A stretch of DNA of 64,000 nt from a virus. The notes under the pieces were generated by a model. It did no database searches and was not told where the DNA came from. It saw only the letters and a list, made by a program, of their open reading frames with translations. Below, one piece after another: positions 25,787 to 35,559 of this stretch (positions within the stretch are counted from its first letter, which is position 1; every line of letters starts with the position of its first letter). The stretch is taken from IMG/VR virus record IMGVR_UViG_3300042446_001168; one strand, written 5' to 3'. The translations under genes were made by a program, and so were the position numbers.

Positions 25787-25815
25787 TTGCCTTAATTAGC
25801 TACACAGGGTATACT
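25787..25815 (+). promoter_or_regulatory. sigma70-type promoter for gene 32
   Basis: TTGCCT-17 bp-TATACT, same TGTTG.CTTAAT context as the early promoters. Confidence 0.75.
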
Positions 25816-25882
25816 ATCTTTATTATTGGTTAGGTGGACAAACTAATATACTATCATACGTTTACACATAAAGGAAAATACG

Positions 25883-26818
25883 ATGTCAAGTTTTGCAAAT
25901 CTCAAAATGTCTACTAAGACAAGTCTCGATAAGATCACCCAACAAGTATCCAAGTTAGCAAATCCGGAGGGCAATCCCCGCGAGCCAGACACACGCTTCT
26001 GGCAGCCTGCTGTTGATAAGTCAGGTAACGGATATGCTGTTATTCGCTTCCTCCCTGCTCCAGATGGAGAAGATGTCCCATTCGTACGTATCTTTAACCA
26101 TGGCTTCAAAGGTCCTGGTGGTCAATGGTATATTGAGAACTCTCTCACTACTGTTGGCAAAGCTGATCCCGTATCAGAGTATAATAGTCAACTGTGGGCC
26201 ACCGGTATTGAAGCAAACAAAGCTCAAGTACGCGCACAGAAGCGTAAGCTCAACTTTATCAGCAACATCTATGTTGTTAGCGATAAAGCTAATCCTCAGA
26301 ACGAAGGTAAGGTGTTCTTGTTTAAGTATGGCAAGAAAATCTTTGATATTCTGAACGCATCAATGAACCCTGAGTTTGAAGATGAGAAGCCAGTCAATCC
26401 TTTTGACTTTTGGGCTGGTGCCAACTTCAAGCTGAAGATTCGTAATGTGGAAGGATATCGTAACTACGATAAGTCTGAGTTTGATGCTCCAGCCCCGCTG
26501 TTGGATGACGACAGTGAACTTGAAAGTATCTGGAAGCAAGAGAATTCACTCAAAGAATTCTTGGATGACAAGCACTTCAAGAGCTATGATGAGTTGAAGC
26601 AGAAGCTCTATCGTGTGCTGGCTTTGGATGGTGGAGCTCCGCGTCAATCACAGAACATTGCTGATCGTACGATTGATGATGGTGAGACGTTTGAGCAGGT
26701 AGCCAAGCCTGCTAAGGTAGCTAGTGTGGCTGCTAAACCACAGGCTAAAGCGCCTTGGGATGCAGACGAGGATGATGACGATATTGCAGCATTCAAGTCG
26801 CTAATCAACGACGACTAA
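25883..26818 (+). CDS. 32: Single-stranded DNA-binding protein gp32
   Basis: DKSGNGYAVIRFLP, WYIENSLTT, FKYGKKIFD, NPFDFWAGANFKLKIR, YDKSEF, acidic tail. Confidence 0.96.
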   Translation: MSSFANLKMSTKTSLDKITQQVSKLANPEGNPREPDTRFWQPAVDKSGNGYAVIRFLPAPDGEDVPFVRIFNHGFKGPGGQWYIENSLTTVGKADPVSEYNSQLWATGIEANKAQVRAQKRKLNFISNIYVVSDKANPQNEGKVFLFKYGKKIFDILNASMNPEFEDEKPVNPFDFWAGANFKLKIRNVEGYRNYDKSEFDAPAPLLDDDSELESIWKQENSLKEFLDDKHFKSYDELKQKLYRVLALDGGAPRQSQNIADRTIDDGETFEQVAKPAKVASVAAKPQAKAPWDADEDDDDIAAFKSLINDD

Positions 26819-26821
26819 ATT

Positions 26822-26845
26822 AAAGGGGCCTAGGCCCCTTTTTTT
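26822..26845. terminator. Bidirectional terminator between convergent genes
   Basis: Perfect palindrome AAAGGGGCCTAGGCCCCTTT plus a T run. Confidence 0.85.
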
Positions 26846-26846
26846 A

Positions 26847-29537
26847 TTATCCTACTCCTGCAAGAGATTTGAACCGAGAGTCATATCCAGCCGACATACC
26901 TATGGGAGCGAAGCTTGAGGAAGCCCCACCCCCACCTCCCCCACTGGAACTACTTACTATAGTGTCCCCACCTTTGTTGTTAATAACCATAGGAGTAGAC
27001 ACATTCTTTTGGATATCAAACTGCTGTATTTCATTAAGACCTTCTAGTATCTGAGCTGTGATATCGCTTTGACTGGTATGTAGAAACCCCATCAAACTTG
27101 TTCCAAGACCAATCTTTTTATCTTCGACAGCGGCAGGCTTTTTCATCTCTGCTGTAGTGTCAAAAGAAGACTCAATATCTTTTCTTTCTTGACGAGCTTT
27201 ACTCTTGGCAGCCACCCGATCAGCAAAACTCATGGTGTTGTCAGCAGGTGAGGTATCCTCTGAGGATATATTGCTTGACTGACTACCATTAGCTGCAACC
27301 ATGGCCGTATCTGGGTATGGTTTGCTTGGCCGACTATTGTTAGCTGTATCTGTTGCAGATGCCTGTGGTTTTGTAGTTACTGCATTTGTCGCCATCTGAG
27401 TATCAGCTCCTGCAGTAATACCCATCAGGGCTAATGCATTGGCCTGTCTCTTTGTTGTAGCCTTGCGATCAGATCGCTCATAGTACCAGTCGACCACAAG
27501 TGCCGCTTGATCGGCTGTTGTTGCCTGCTGTAGTAATCCTCCTGCAGATCTCTCATCGTGGGTCAATTCCCATTGAACAAAATCTAGCTGCTCTTCAAAT
27601 GAGGCATCCTTAACATCTTTACCATACATTTCCTTAAACTTGGCTAACCGTTCTGTACGCCACTGAGCAATTCCCCATGCAGATCCTTTCTTGTTATTTT
27701 TATCACCCTCTATGTTGGTCTTCATGTTTGATTCATGCTGTAAATTACCAACAATGCCAGCAGCCTGCTCTCTAGTCCATCCCTTGGACATGAAGTACTT
27801 CATTGCTTTATCAGTACTACCTGTAGCACCGGCGCCACTTGATGTACCAGCTCCCGTAGGTTTAACAGAAGATGCACTGCTAGCTGCTTGTTTCTTACCC
27901 TTCTCTTGCCTCTTATTAGTAATCTTACCTGGAGACGTAACTGACATTGCCGAAGGTTTATCAGCTTCTACCTGAGTGATCTCAGTAGTTAAACTACTAG
28001 GAAGAGTTGAAGTCATCTCAACTGCTTTCTGAGCAAGGGTTGATCCTGCAATACCGCCAGCAATGGCAAGAGGAACAGAAAACCAACCTCCCCCAGCAGC
28101 AGCACCAAGAGTACCAACAACTAGTCCTCCAGCAACTGATGCTCCAGCCATTTTTATGGAATATTGCCACAGAGCAGCTGCTTCTTCATCATTAAGCTCA
28201 CCTAACTCCTTCATGGCATCTATCTCAACGCTCAGATATGCAAGTTGACCACCTTCAAGTAAAAGGCCCAGTACTCCACCAAACTTAGTTAACTTGTACT
28301 TCATCACAGCATCAAGTAAAGTTGCTGCGCCCTTAAAAGACCCCTTGACTAATTTATTAACAGTCCTGGCAATAGCAACTCCTTGTTTAGTGAGAGGGAT
28401 ACCTGCCTTCTTTAAAGTCTCCTGCGCAGCTTTGCTTTCAGCTGATAATACTCCTCCGCTGACTTTTCTCATCAGATCAAGTCTAGAGGACTTAGTACTT
28501 GTTGCTGCTGGGGGAGCCGCGGCCTTTGCTGCTGGTGCTGGTGCTGGTGCTGGTGCTGGTGGTGCTGCTGGTGATCCTGCCTTAGGTTTATAAAGTTTTC
28601 TTGCACCTGCGGCCGCGGCTACGACACCAGTACCTACTATAGCAGTCTCTGTTATTCCTGCAGGACCCTCTGGTATTTGTCGTGATATATCCCTGCCTAT
28701 CTCAACCCCTTGCATGATAGTATTACCAGCACTCTGTAATTGTTCTCCAGTTATTCTGGTCATAACAGCCGCTCTTTTGATGTCAGGCTTAGCTGCTTCA
28801 ATTCTTTTTTCAACGGTGTTCTTTATATCTGTGGCTTTTTCTTTCACCTCATTCATAGATGGCATTGGTGGAACTACTTTACTAATTGATTGCACCATCT
28901 TACTAATCTTGGTTGACAGCTTATCAAAGCTCTCTCCCAGCACTTCTAAATGATCTCCAAGCTTTTCAGTGAGGGGATCAATCTGCTTACCAATATCAGT
29001 GCCTTTGACACCAATCATCATCTTTTCCATCAACCCACTGAAGGCAGTCTGAAGTTTGCCCTTGGTGGCATCCTCCATATTATCCCACAACATAGTTTTT
29101 CCAAGATACCCAATTATTGCTGTTGGCAATACTTTAGCCAACCCGGTCAAAATACCCGATGATATTGCAGACACCCCACCAACAGCTGCCCCACCAACTG
29201 CAGACACTCCTCTACCAGCCGACCCAACAGCTCCAGCAGCTCCTCTTCCAATAGACATGCTCAAACTACCAATAGACTTAGCCATAGATTTTGAGAGGTT
29301 ATTGAGACTGGTGTTAGTAGCCGCCGTCTGTCTAATTGTTATCTTTTGGTTACTATCAAGTCTATTGGATACAGCTAACTGCCTTCCAAGTATATTATAA
29401 ACATTAGACATTACAGCTGTCTGTCTGTTTAAAAGTGTTGCTTGCTGATTACTTTGACGTAGCTGTTGCATCCGTGAGGTTCTCATCTCACGGAGTTGTT
29501 CCATGTAGGATCTCTTATCTTGGTTAGCTTCGGGCAT
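26847..29537 (-). CDS. Tape measure / baseplate hub (gp29-like) with phage tail lysozyme domain
   Basis: Long Ala/Gly-rich helical protein; GWTREQAAGIVGNLQHES...GIAQW...R..EEQLDFV..EL...YERS (Phage_lysozyme2); position after gp26/gp51. Confidence 0.78.
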   Translation of the reverse strand: MPEANQDKRSYMEQLREMRTSRMQQLRQSNQQATLLNRQTAVMSNVYNILGRQLAVSNRLDSNQKITIRQTAATNTSLNNLSKSMAKSIGSLSMSIGRGAAGAVGSAGRGVSAVGGAAVGGVSAISSGILTGLAKVLPTAIIGYLGKTMLWDNMEDATKGKLQTAFSGLMEKMMIGVKGTDIGKQIDPLTEKLGDHLEVLGESFDKLSTKISKMVQSISKVVPPMPSMNEVKEKATDIKNTVEKRIEAAKPDIKRAAVMTRITGEQLQSAGNTIMQGVEIGRDISRQIPEGPAGITETAIVGTGVVAAAAGARKLYKPKAGSPAAPPAPAPAPAPAAKAAAPPAATSTKSSRLDLMRKVSGGVLSAESKAAQETLKKAGIPLTKQGVAIARTVNKLVKGSFKGAATLLDAVMKYKLTKFGGVLGLLLEGGQLAYLSVEIDAMKELGELNDEEAAALWQYSIKMAGASVAGGLVVGTLGAAAGGGWFSVPLAIAGGIAGSTLAQKAVEMTSTLPSSLTTEITQVEADKPSAMSVTSPGKITNKRQEKGKKQAASSASSVKPTGAGTSSGAGATGSTDKAMKYFMSKGWTREQAAGIVGNLQHESNMKTNIEGDKNNKKGSAWGIAQWRTERLAKFKEMYGKDVKDASFEEQLDFVQWELTHDERSAGGLLQQATTADQAALVVDWYYERSDRKATTKRQANALALMGITAGADTQMATNAVTTKPQASATDTANNSRPSKPYPDTAMVAANGSQSSNISSEDTSPADNTMSFADRVAAKSKARQERKDIESSFDTTAEMKKPAAVEDKKIGLGTSLMGFLHTSQSDITAQILEGLNEIQQFDIQKNVSTPMVINNKGGDTIVSSSSGGGGGGASSSFAPIGMSAGYDSRFKSLAGVG
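28531..28560. repeat. (GCTGGT)x5 microsatellite encoding a PAPAPA linker
   Basis: Direct reading of the sequence. Confidence 0.85.
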
Positions 29538-29709
29538 TCTTTATGGATTCCTCTTGCTTTTTAATATGATCGGATAACAATTGCAAATATAGATCCCTCT
29601 CAAAAACAATCATATTCTCTACTTCTGTGATTGAATAGTTGTGGTGCTGAGCCAGTATAAAAACTACTTGGTAGTAGTTCTCTAATGAGTTATGGCTCAG
29701 CGAAACGTA
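29524..29709 (-). CDS. 51: gp51 baseplate hub assembly frame lacking its own start; probably reached by -1 frameshift from gp26
   Basis: YVSLSHNSLENYYQVVFILAQHHNYSITEVENMIVFERDLYLQLL...*; typical gp51 NYY..QHH.YS..E.ENM..ERD.Y motif. Confidence 0.8.
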   Translation of the reverse strand, partial: YVSLSHNSLENYYQVVFILAQHHNYSITEVENMIVFERDLYLQLLSDHIKKQEESIKNARS

Positions 29710-30407
29710 AAAAAATCTTCAAGCGTCTTCAGCTCAATAACCCTATCTGTTCCCTTTTTGTTCTTATACTCAAGTTTATGATACATCTTAGGCATGGTAT
29801 CAAAGAACAACTCAAAGTCCTTAATGACTGATGTTGGTAAGTTATCTACAAACTCATCCACCTCTTCAGGCTTACAATCTTTAAAGTTCGTAATCTTATC
29901 ACCATCATAATACTCCTGCATGCATCCCTTGATCATAGTAAACAAAATATCAACCACAGGTTCGCCTCCAAGCATATCACTCATTAGATTCATACTTGGG
30001 TACTTCATAACAATACCAGTCTGATCAGATAGTTTGACAATATTAGTATGAGTCGGATCGTACGTTATTTCAATTTCATCTACATTAACTTTAAAGTCAT
30101 ACCGCTCTTCGTCCTCATAGTCAGTGTATGACAAATCAATTAAATTATTTACTGATTTAGCTCTTAATTTGAGAAACAAATACTCCACATCAAACGATGC
30201 TAATGAGTCTACATCCAGCTGCGAACCAACATCACAGTTGGTAATTATTTGTTTAAGAACATTTACTATGTCACTCTGTTCTGTGCTCTGCTTAGCCATC
30301 AGCAGAAGCTTTTCTTCTTTGACCACAAAGGGTCTGAATTTACATTTTTGTTTTGTCGATGGTACTGTCAATTCAAAAGTTGGGTGCATCAATTTTGGTA
30401 AAGCCAT
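29697..30407 (-). CDS. 26: Baseplate hub assembly protein gp26
   Basis: MALPKL..P.FEL, FRPFVVKEEKLLLMA, FDVEYLFLKLRAKSV, MKYPS, MPK motifs. Confidence 0.92.
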   Translation of the reverse strand: MALPKLMHPTFELTVPSTKQKCKFRPFVVKEEKLLLMAKQSTEQSDIVNVLKQIITNCDVGSQLDVDSLASFDVEYLFLKLRAKSVNNLIDLSYTDYEDEERYDFKVNVDEIEITYDPTHTNIVKLSDQTGIVMKYPSMNLMSDMLGGEPVVDILFTMIKGCMQEYYDGDKITNFKDCKPEEVDEFVDNLPTSVIKDFELFFDTMPKMYHKLEYKNKKGTDRVIELKTLEDFFTFR

Positions 30408-30422
30408 AATAACTCCTAATAG

Positions 30423-31238
30423 TTAAATTGTAAATCCTCGTATTTTGTTTGTAATATCTGATACAGCTGCGCGACCGGCCGCAAGGAGATCTCCTGCAGC
30501 TGGAGCTTCACTTCCACCTGATGCTACTGGATATCTCTTCATCGACCAATTATAAAAGGTAAACCCGACTGTAAACTCCGCAATTTGATCAGAGTCTGTG
30601 CTTGACACACTCATATCACTAATGCTTGTCGGATATGCTTTGTACATAGTTACTTCGCGGGACTTCTCTAGAGTGTGTTGAGGTAAATTTCTACCACCCA
30701 ACAACGCCCCAACAAAAGGTACCCCAGCTGCTGCTGATATCACACTAGCAGCTGCTTGTACCAGACCAGCCCCCGCAAACTTACCCTGTACTCCTCGGTA
30801 CATCTCAATAGTTATATCGCTCTCATAGTTCTTCTTAAACTCTAGCTGAAAGCTTCTACCGTTACCAGGTGCCTGAGTACCATCAGAGAATGGCATTATC
30901 GTATTCAACCATTGATAGAATACATTATACGTTACTCCACTTGCATCGCATAGAAAAGTCATGCTAACATCAGTAAACCCAACTCCTACTGGCATCTTAT
31001 GGGTAGGTCCTACGCTATATCTTTTAGTATCGACTGTCCCGAGGGCTATTCCTGGTAGTGTAGCTGTTTTGCAGAATAAGGTTAATATCCTACCTTTTTC
31101 GGACTCGTCAAATGCTTCCAACAACCCCCCTTCTCCTCCGGGAGCAGTTCTTGGGAGTCCAATCTTAACAGCATAGAGATTAGGTCTCTCTAGGTCGTGT
31201 TTATGTACAGCCGATTTGAATTGATTTATGTCTATCAT
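30423..31238 (-). CDS. 54: Tail-tube-like baseplate protein (gp54 / gp19 fold)
   Basis: RPNLYAV, LFCKTATLPG, MTFLCD, AYPTSIS, EFTVGFTF motifs. Confidence 0.75.
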   Translation of the reverse strand: MIDINQFKSAVHKHDLERPNLYAVKIGLPRTAPGGEGGLLEAFDESEKGRILTLFCKTATLPGIALGTVDTKRYSVGPTHKMPVGVGFTDVSMTFLCDASGVTYNVFYQWLNTIMPFSDGTQAPGNGRSFQLEFKKNYESDITIEMYRGVQGKFAGAGLVQAAASVISAAAGVPFVGALLGGRNLPQHTLEKSREVTMYKAYPTSISDMSVSSTDSDQIAEFTVGFTFYNWSMKRYPVASGGSEAPAAGDLLAAGRAAVSDITNKIRGFTI

Positions 31239-31777
31239 TTGTTCTTATATACAAACTGATCTAGAGGGAGTAGAATAGCCTTAGACCATTCTTCGGGTTT
31301 AACATAGAAGAACCTAGATCTAACATGACTATTTAGGTACTTTTTCACACCGTCCTTGAACCCTGAAAACTTAGAGGTTCCTTTCAGTAACCGGTAATTC
31401 AGGTTAATACGCATGCTGTCTGTAAAGGTTTTACTTGTGGATAGCGACATCAGGTTATCTAACAACGCTGCTCTGGCACCATAAGGCAGGTAATGGAAGT
31501 TCAACCCCATGAAGCCGCCCTCTACCCGTTCAAACGGAAATATAAGAGGATACCTGTCATACATAGGCAAAGTGTCTTTGTACTTTGGATCATAATTGAA
31601 CAAATACATTTTACCAATTACCAGATTTTTTGTTAGCCTATCATCTCCCTTGTTTATTACACTGGATGGAGTTTTGGATGATAGCGACTGGTACGATGTA
31701 TCAAACCAGGACTGTGCGTCTACTACCATTCCTTTTGATATGGCTTGGTTGAGCATTTGTTGATAGGTTTGAGCCAT
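31235..31777 (-). CDS. 2: DNA end protector protein gp2
   Basis: GKMYLFNYDPKYKDTLPMYDRYPL, GLNFHYLP, KKYL..HVRS, W..A..LP. Confidence 0.92.
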   Translation of the reverse strand: MAQTYQQMLNQAISKGMVVDAQSWFDTSYQSLSSKTPSSVINKGDDRLTKNLVIGKMYLFNYDPKYKDTLPMYDRYPLIFPFERVEGGFMGLNFHYLPYGARAALLDNLMSLSTSKTFTDSMRINLNYRLLKGTSKFSGFKDGVKKYLNSHVRSRFFYVKPEEWSKAILLPLDQFVYKNK

Positions 31778-32214
31778 TATTTAATACCTAAATCGTATTC
31801 TGTTAGTATCTGGAATTTCCATTTGCGGTCCTCACAAAATTTAGTAGCAAACTTCCACTTTGCACTATTTATCCCCCAAGTTTTAACCTCGTTAATATAA
31901 GTTCGAGTTGCTTTGGTTTTAGTTTTTGGTGGCTGAGTTTGTTTTTTAGGCTTTATTTCTACAACAACCACCTCAACTAGTCCATCAGCTGATTTCTTTT
32001 TTAACCAGAAATCTGGAAAATATCTATGTACCCGGTTGTCAATGGGTGATAAATATGGAATAGAAAACTCTTCACTGGCCCATTCAAGGATTTGGGGATG
32101 GGAATCCAAGTAGCTCATAAATTTACACTCCCATAGAGAGCGATAAATAATATTAGTTGGATTTCCTCTATACTTCGAGGGATTTTTTGGTTTAAAGGTT
32201 CCGCTATAACTCAT
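31777..32214 (-). CDS. 4: Head completion nuclease gp4
   Basis: PKNPSKYRG, YRSLWE, HRYFPDF, VEIKP, NSAKW..A motifs. Confidence 0.93.
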   Translation of the reverse strand: MSYSGTFKPKNPSKYRGNPTNIIYRSLWECKFMSYLDSHPQILEWASEEFSIPYLSPIDNRVHRYFPDFWLKKKSADGLVEVVVVEIKPKKQTQPPKTKTKATRTYINEVKTWGINSAKWKFATKFCEDRKWKFQILTEYDLGIK

Positions 32215-32225
32215 AGGATATTTTA

Positions 32226-33386
32226 ATGAATGTTCCACCATCTACTGGACAGTCTAGCTCAGGACTCCAAGGGTATACCGTAAATAGTTCTGGGGGTACC
32301 AATGATGAAAGGTTATCCAATCATCTCAGTCAGAAAAAAGGATCTCCAGCAACCAGTGGTAGCCCATCTACGTCCAGCACAACTTTGCCGGAAAAAGAGA
32401 TTGATGAAAAAAGATCTAGTACCCTACTGGGAAACAAGTCTCCATTTATTTTTCCAAGTGATTTGTCTACTGATTATTATATATCTTTGAACGCATTTAA
32501 ATTCTCTCAAGATAGAGCTACTGAGGTCAAAAGACAGTTTAGTTATGAACAATCAGTGTATCTTCCTCTACCTGGTAATATATCAGATAGTTTTGGAGCA
32601 TCCTACGAAAAAGAAAATCTATTCTTCTTTGGTAACGCTGCAAAAGAGGGAATGAACTCCATGATGCAAGAAGGAGGTACTGTCAGTATTCAGAATGCTT
32701 TAAGCCAGAATCTTGGAAATTTAGCTGGCAAGGGAGCCACTAACCTCGTTAACACTATCAAGAATGATCCAATGGGTGCTGGTAAAAATGCTCTGGCTGG
32801 AGCATTGACGTATCTAGTGTCTGGAGTAGGTGGTCCACTAGCGGCCGCTGCAAAAAGCTCAATGCAAGTGACCACAAACCCTTTTCCTGTAATGATCTTC
32901 CAGGGAACAGGTTTCAAACCTCCCTTTTCTTTTGACTGGACTTTTTATCCAGAATCGTTGGAAGAGTCTAAAACTATACGTAAAATTATTGGATATTTTA
33001 GAAGAGAGATGCTACCAGAGATGATGGCTGAAAATAAATCTATCCTAAAAGCTCCTGCAATATTTGAAATAAAGATGGTTCCTGACGCATATATGAGACA
33101 ATTCAAGCGATGTGTACTGACTAACATGAATGTAAACTATACTCCTAACGGAGCTACATTCTTATCCTCTTCCTCTGAAGACGCTAAAGTTCCTGCTGCT
33201 ATTACTATGTCGCTGACATTCGAAGAAATTGAAGTGTGGCTTGCAGATGATTATTACGCTAGCGAATACAATTCGTTTGGAGTCAAGGACAGAAACTACA
33301 CTCCACCAACCTCAATGACCGGTACTCAAGGAGTAGTTGCTAATAACGAAACAAGAGGCGTTGCCAAAGGAACCCCGTTTGGGTAA
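32226..33386 (+). CDS. 48: Baseplate tail tube cap gp48
   Basis: VYLPLP, NPF..IFQG, FSFDW.FYP.S..ES, FKRCVLTNMNVNYTP, LTFEEIE. Confidence 0.85.
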   Translation: MNVPPSTGQSSSGLQGYTVNSSGGTNDERLSNHLSQKKGSPATSGSPSTSSTTLPEKEIDEKRSSTLLGNKSPFIFPSDLSTDYYISLNAFKFSQDRATEVKRQFSYEQSVYLPLPGNISDSFGASYEKENLFFFGNAAKEGMNSMMQEGGTVSIQNALSQNLGNLAGKGATNLVNTIKNDPMGAGKNALAGALTYLVSGVGGPLAAAAKSSMQVTTNPFPVMIFQGTGFKPPFSFDWTFYPESLEESKTIRKIIGYFRREMLPEMMAENKSILKAPAIFEIKMVPDAYMRQFKRCVLTNMNVNYTPNGATFLSSSSEDAKVPAAITMSLTFEEIEVWLADDYYASEYNSFGVKDRNYTPPTSMTGTQGVVANNETRGVAKGTPFG

Positions 33387-33391
33387 TACAC

Positions 33392-34264
33392 ATGGATAAT
33401 TATTTTAAGCACTATCCGTTAGTACTATACGGAAATACATCTTCAAATACCGTATCGGTTAATCTGCTTTCCAAGATAGCATTTCGTAAAAATTTACAAG
33501 CTAATTACGAGGTGTTTCATCCCTATACAATTCAAGAGGGAGACCGTCCCGATACCATAGCCTACTTGTATTATGGTGATCCTGGGTATGACTGGTTAGT
33601 GTACTACAGCAATAATGCACTAGACCCGTATTTTGATTGGTACTTGGACTCCAACACCTTTAGATCATATATTGTGGATAAGTACGGGTCGGTTGCTGAT
33701 TCTCAGAAGAAGATAAAGTTCTTTAGATCTAACTACCGCGAAGATGACTCCTTAATTCCTGCAGGAGCATATACAATGCTTTCAGAAAAACAAAAGAGGT
33801 TTTGGAGCCCAGTTTTAAACTTGAGTGGCACCCCATACAACTACGATCGGAAAAAAGAAGATGTCACCTTTGAAACCAATCAAGTAAAAAATCTCAGTAT
33901 ATCTATTGTAGGGAACACATCCTTTACTCAGGATGAATATGTTTTTCAACAGAGTGGAGGACTTACAGTAGCCAGTGCTACACTTGGATTTTCAAACTCG
34001 TCAACAGCTGTTATTAGCAGGGTTATTGGAAACTGGTCAACATCCCTCAACATAAAAGGATCTTCTAGCGGGTCTAATGCCGTGGTGTCAGCTATCAACA
34101 CCATTTCAACCAGTATAGGTACTGATATACAAAACTATTTCTCAGCTGTGTCATACTATGATTATGAAAACGAAATAAACGAAGAAAGAAAAAATATTAA
34201 ACTCATTGATGCAGCATACGCGCAGTCCATAGAAAAAGAATTTAAACAACTACTATCGTCATGA
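33392..34264 (+). CDS. 53: Baseplate wedge protein gp53 (LysM-like)
   Basis: YF...P, YTIQEGDRPDTIAYLYYGDP.YDW, YDYENEINEERKNIKLI. Confidence 0.9.
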   Translation: MDNYFKHYPLVLYGNTSSNTVSVNLLSKIAFRKNLQANYEVFHPYTIQEGDRPDTIAYLYYGDPGYDWLVYYSNNALDPYFDWYLDSNTFRSYIVDKYGSVADSQKKIKFFRSNYREDDSLIPAGAYTMLSEKQKRFWSPVLNLSGTPYNYDRKKEDVTFETNQVKNLSISIVGNTSFTQDEYVFQQSGGLTVASATLGFSNSSTAVISRVIGNWSTSLNIKGSSSGSNAVVSAINTISTSIGTDIQNYFSAVSYYDYENEINEERKNIKLIDAAYAQSIEKEFKQLLSS

Positions 34265-35559
34265 AACTAAGACCAAGTCAGTGTGAAATAAAAAATATAT
34301 CAATTACAAACCACGACAAATCTGTGCGGGTTGATCAGGACCATAACGAGTTCAGATTGCTAGAATTTATTGACACCATTGACATTCACGAAAGTATATT
34401 CACACCATATATTACGGCTGATGTATCATTCATTGATGGGGCTAACCTTCTAGAGCACCTCAACATATCTGGAAATGAGGATTTCGAGATAGATATATTA
34501 GGATACGGTAATGATACCTCTCTCAAACACTCATTGAGGGTTGTTGAGTGTACTTCTGTTCTACCTAACAGCACGTTAAGATCAAAATCTTTTAACCTTC
34601 GATTATCAAGCAAAGAGTTGTTGATAGATAGTGCTAGCACAATGTCAAAAAGCTATGCAGCTGGAACCAAGGCAATTGTTACTGATATCCTTCAAGGGGT
34701 TCTTGGTACCAGTAAACCAATATTTGTAGAGGATACCAAAGATCCTCCTGTGTTGGTTATACCTTACTTGAGTCCGTTTCAGGCCATTGACTATGTACGT
34801 CAAAGGTCTGTATCCTCAAAGTACAAGTCGTCGTCCTTCTTGTTCTTTGAAACAAAAGGACAATATATGTTTGCTACTGTAGAGGGACTAGCAGAACGTA
34901 ATGCTAGCAGTTCCGAGAGGTTCTTTCAGCAAGAGAGTATATCAAGGAACGTAAAAGGTAACCAAGGTACTATTACAGATCTTGAAGCGTATAGATTGTT
35001 TACTAACCTCACGGTATCAACCCCATTCAATGTAAGCAACTATTTCAAACGAGGGGGGCTGCAATCCACAATAACTCAGTTTGACTTCACTACTAAGAAG
35101 TATAAGTCTAGATTATTTCAAAATACACCTGGTGCTGGATTGTTTAATGACTTTGCAGCAGGAAAAAACCCTGATATTACACCCACGTTGTTTAACGACT
35201 ACTCAAAGTATCAGAACAAGGCTTATATGCTTCCCTTTGCTTTGTATAAAGATTCGAATAATAAGGCTGATAATTTCATATACGATACCCTTGCAGAGAG
35301 GTTGTGTTACTCCAGTATTTTTACCCAAAGAAGAGTGTATATTGATGTTCCAGGTAATACTAAAATTGGAGCCGGATCAATAGTGAATTTAGAGGTTCCA
35401 AGGTACGCTGCTATTGGATCTAAAAAGAATGATAACGAAGTCGATAGTGGTAGTTATATGGTAGCATCGGTAAGGCACAGTATTAAAAACGCTGACACCG
35501 CCAAGTATGATACACACTTAGAATTGTTGAGATATGGAAAAGGAGTGTTTGAGAAATGA
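34261..35559 (+). CDS. Baseplate hub protein (gp27-like)
   Basis: IHESIF, IP.LSPFQAI, FLFFET, VPGN, SGSYMVASVRH; position before gp5. Confidence 0.72.
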   Translation: MKLRPSQCEIKNISITNHDKSVRVDQDHNEFRLLEFIDTIDIHESIFTPYITADVSFIDGANLLEHLNISGNEDFEIDILGYGNDTSLKHSLRVVECTSVLPNSTLRSKSFNLRLSSKELLIDSASTMSKSYAAGTKAIVTDILQGVLGTSKPIFVEDTKDPPVLVIPYLSPFQAIDYVRQRSVSSKYKSSSFLFFETKGQYMFATVEGLAERNASSSERFFQQESISRNVKGNQGTITDLEAYRLFTNLTVSTPFNVSNYFKRGGLQSTITQFDFTTKKYKSRLFQNTPGAGLFNDFAAGKNPDITPTLFNDYSKYQNKAYMLPFALYKDSNNKADNFIYDTLAERLCYSSIFTQRRVYIDVPGNTKIGAGSIVNLEVPRYAAIGSKKNDNEVDSGSYMVASVRHSIKNADTAKYDTHLELLRYGKGVFEK

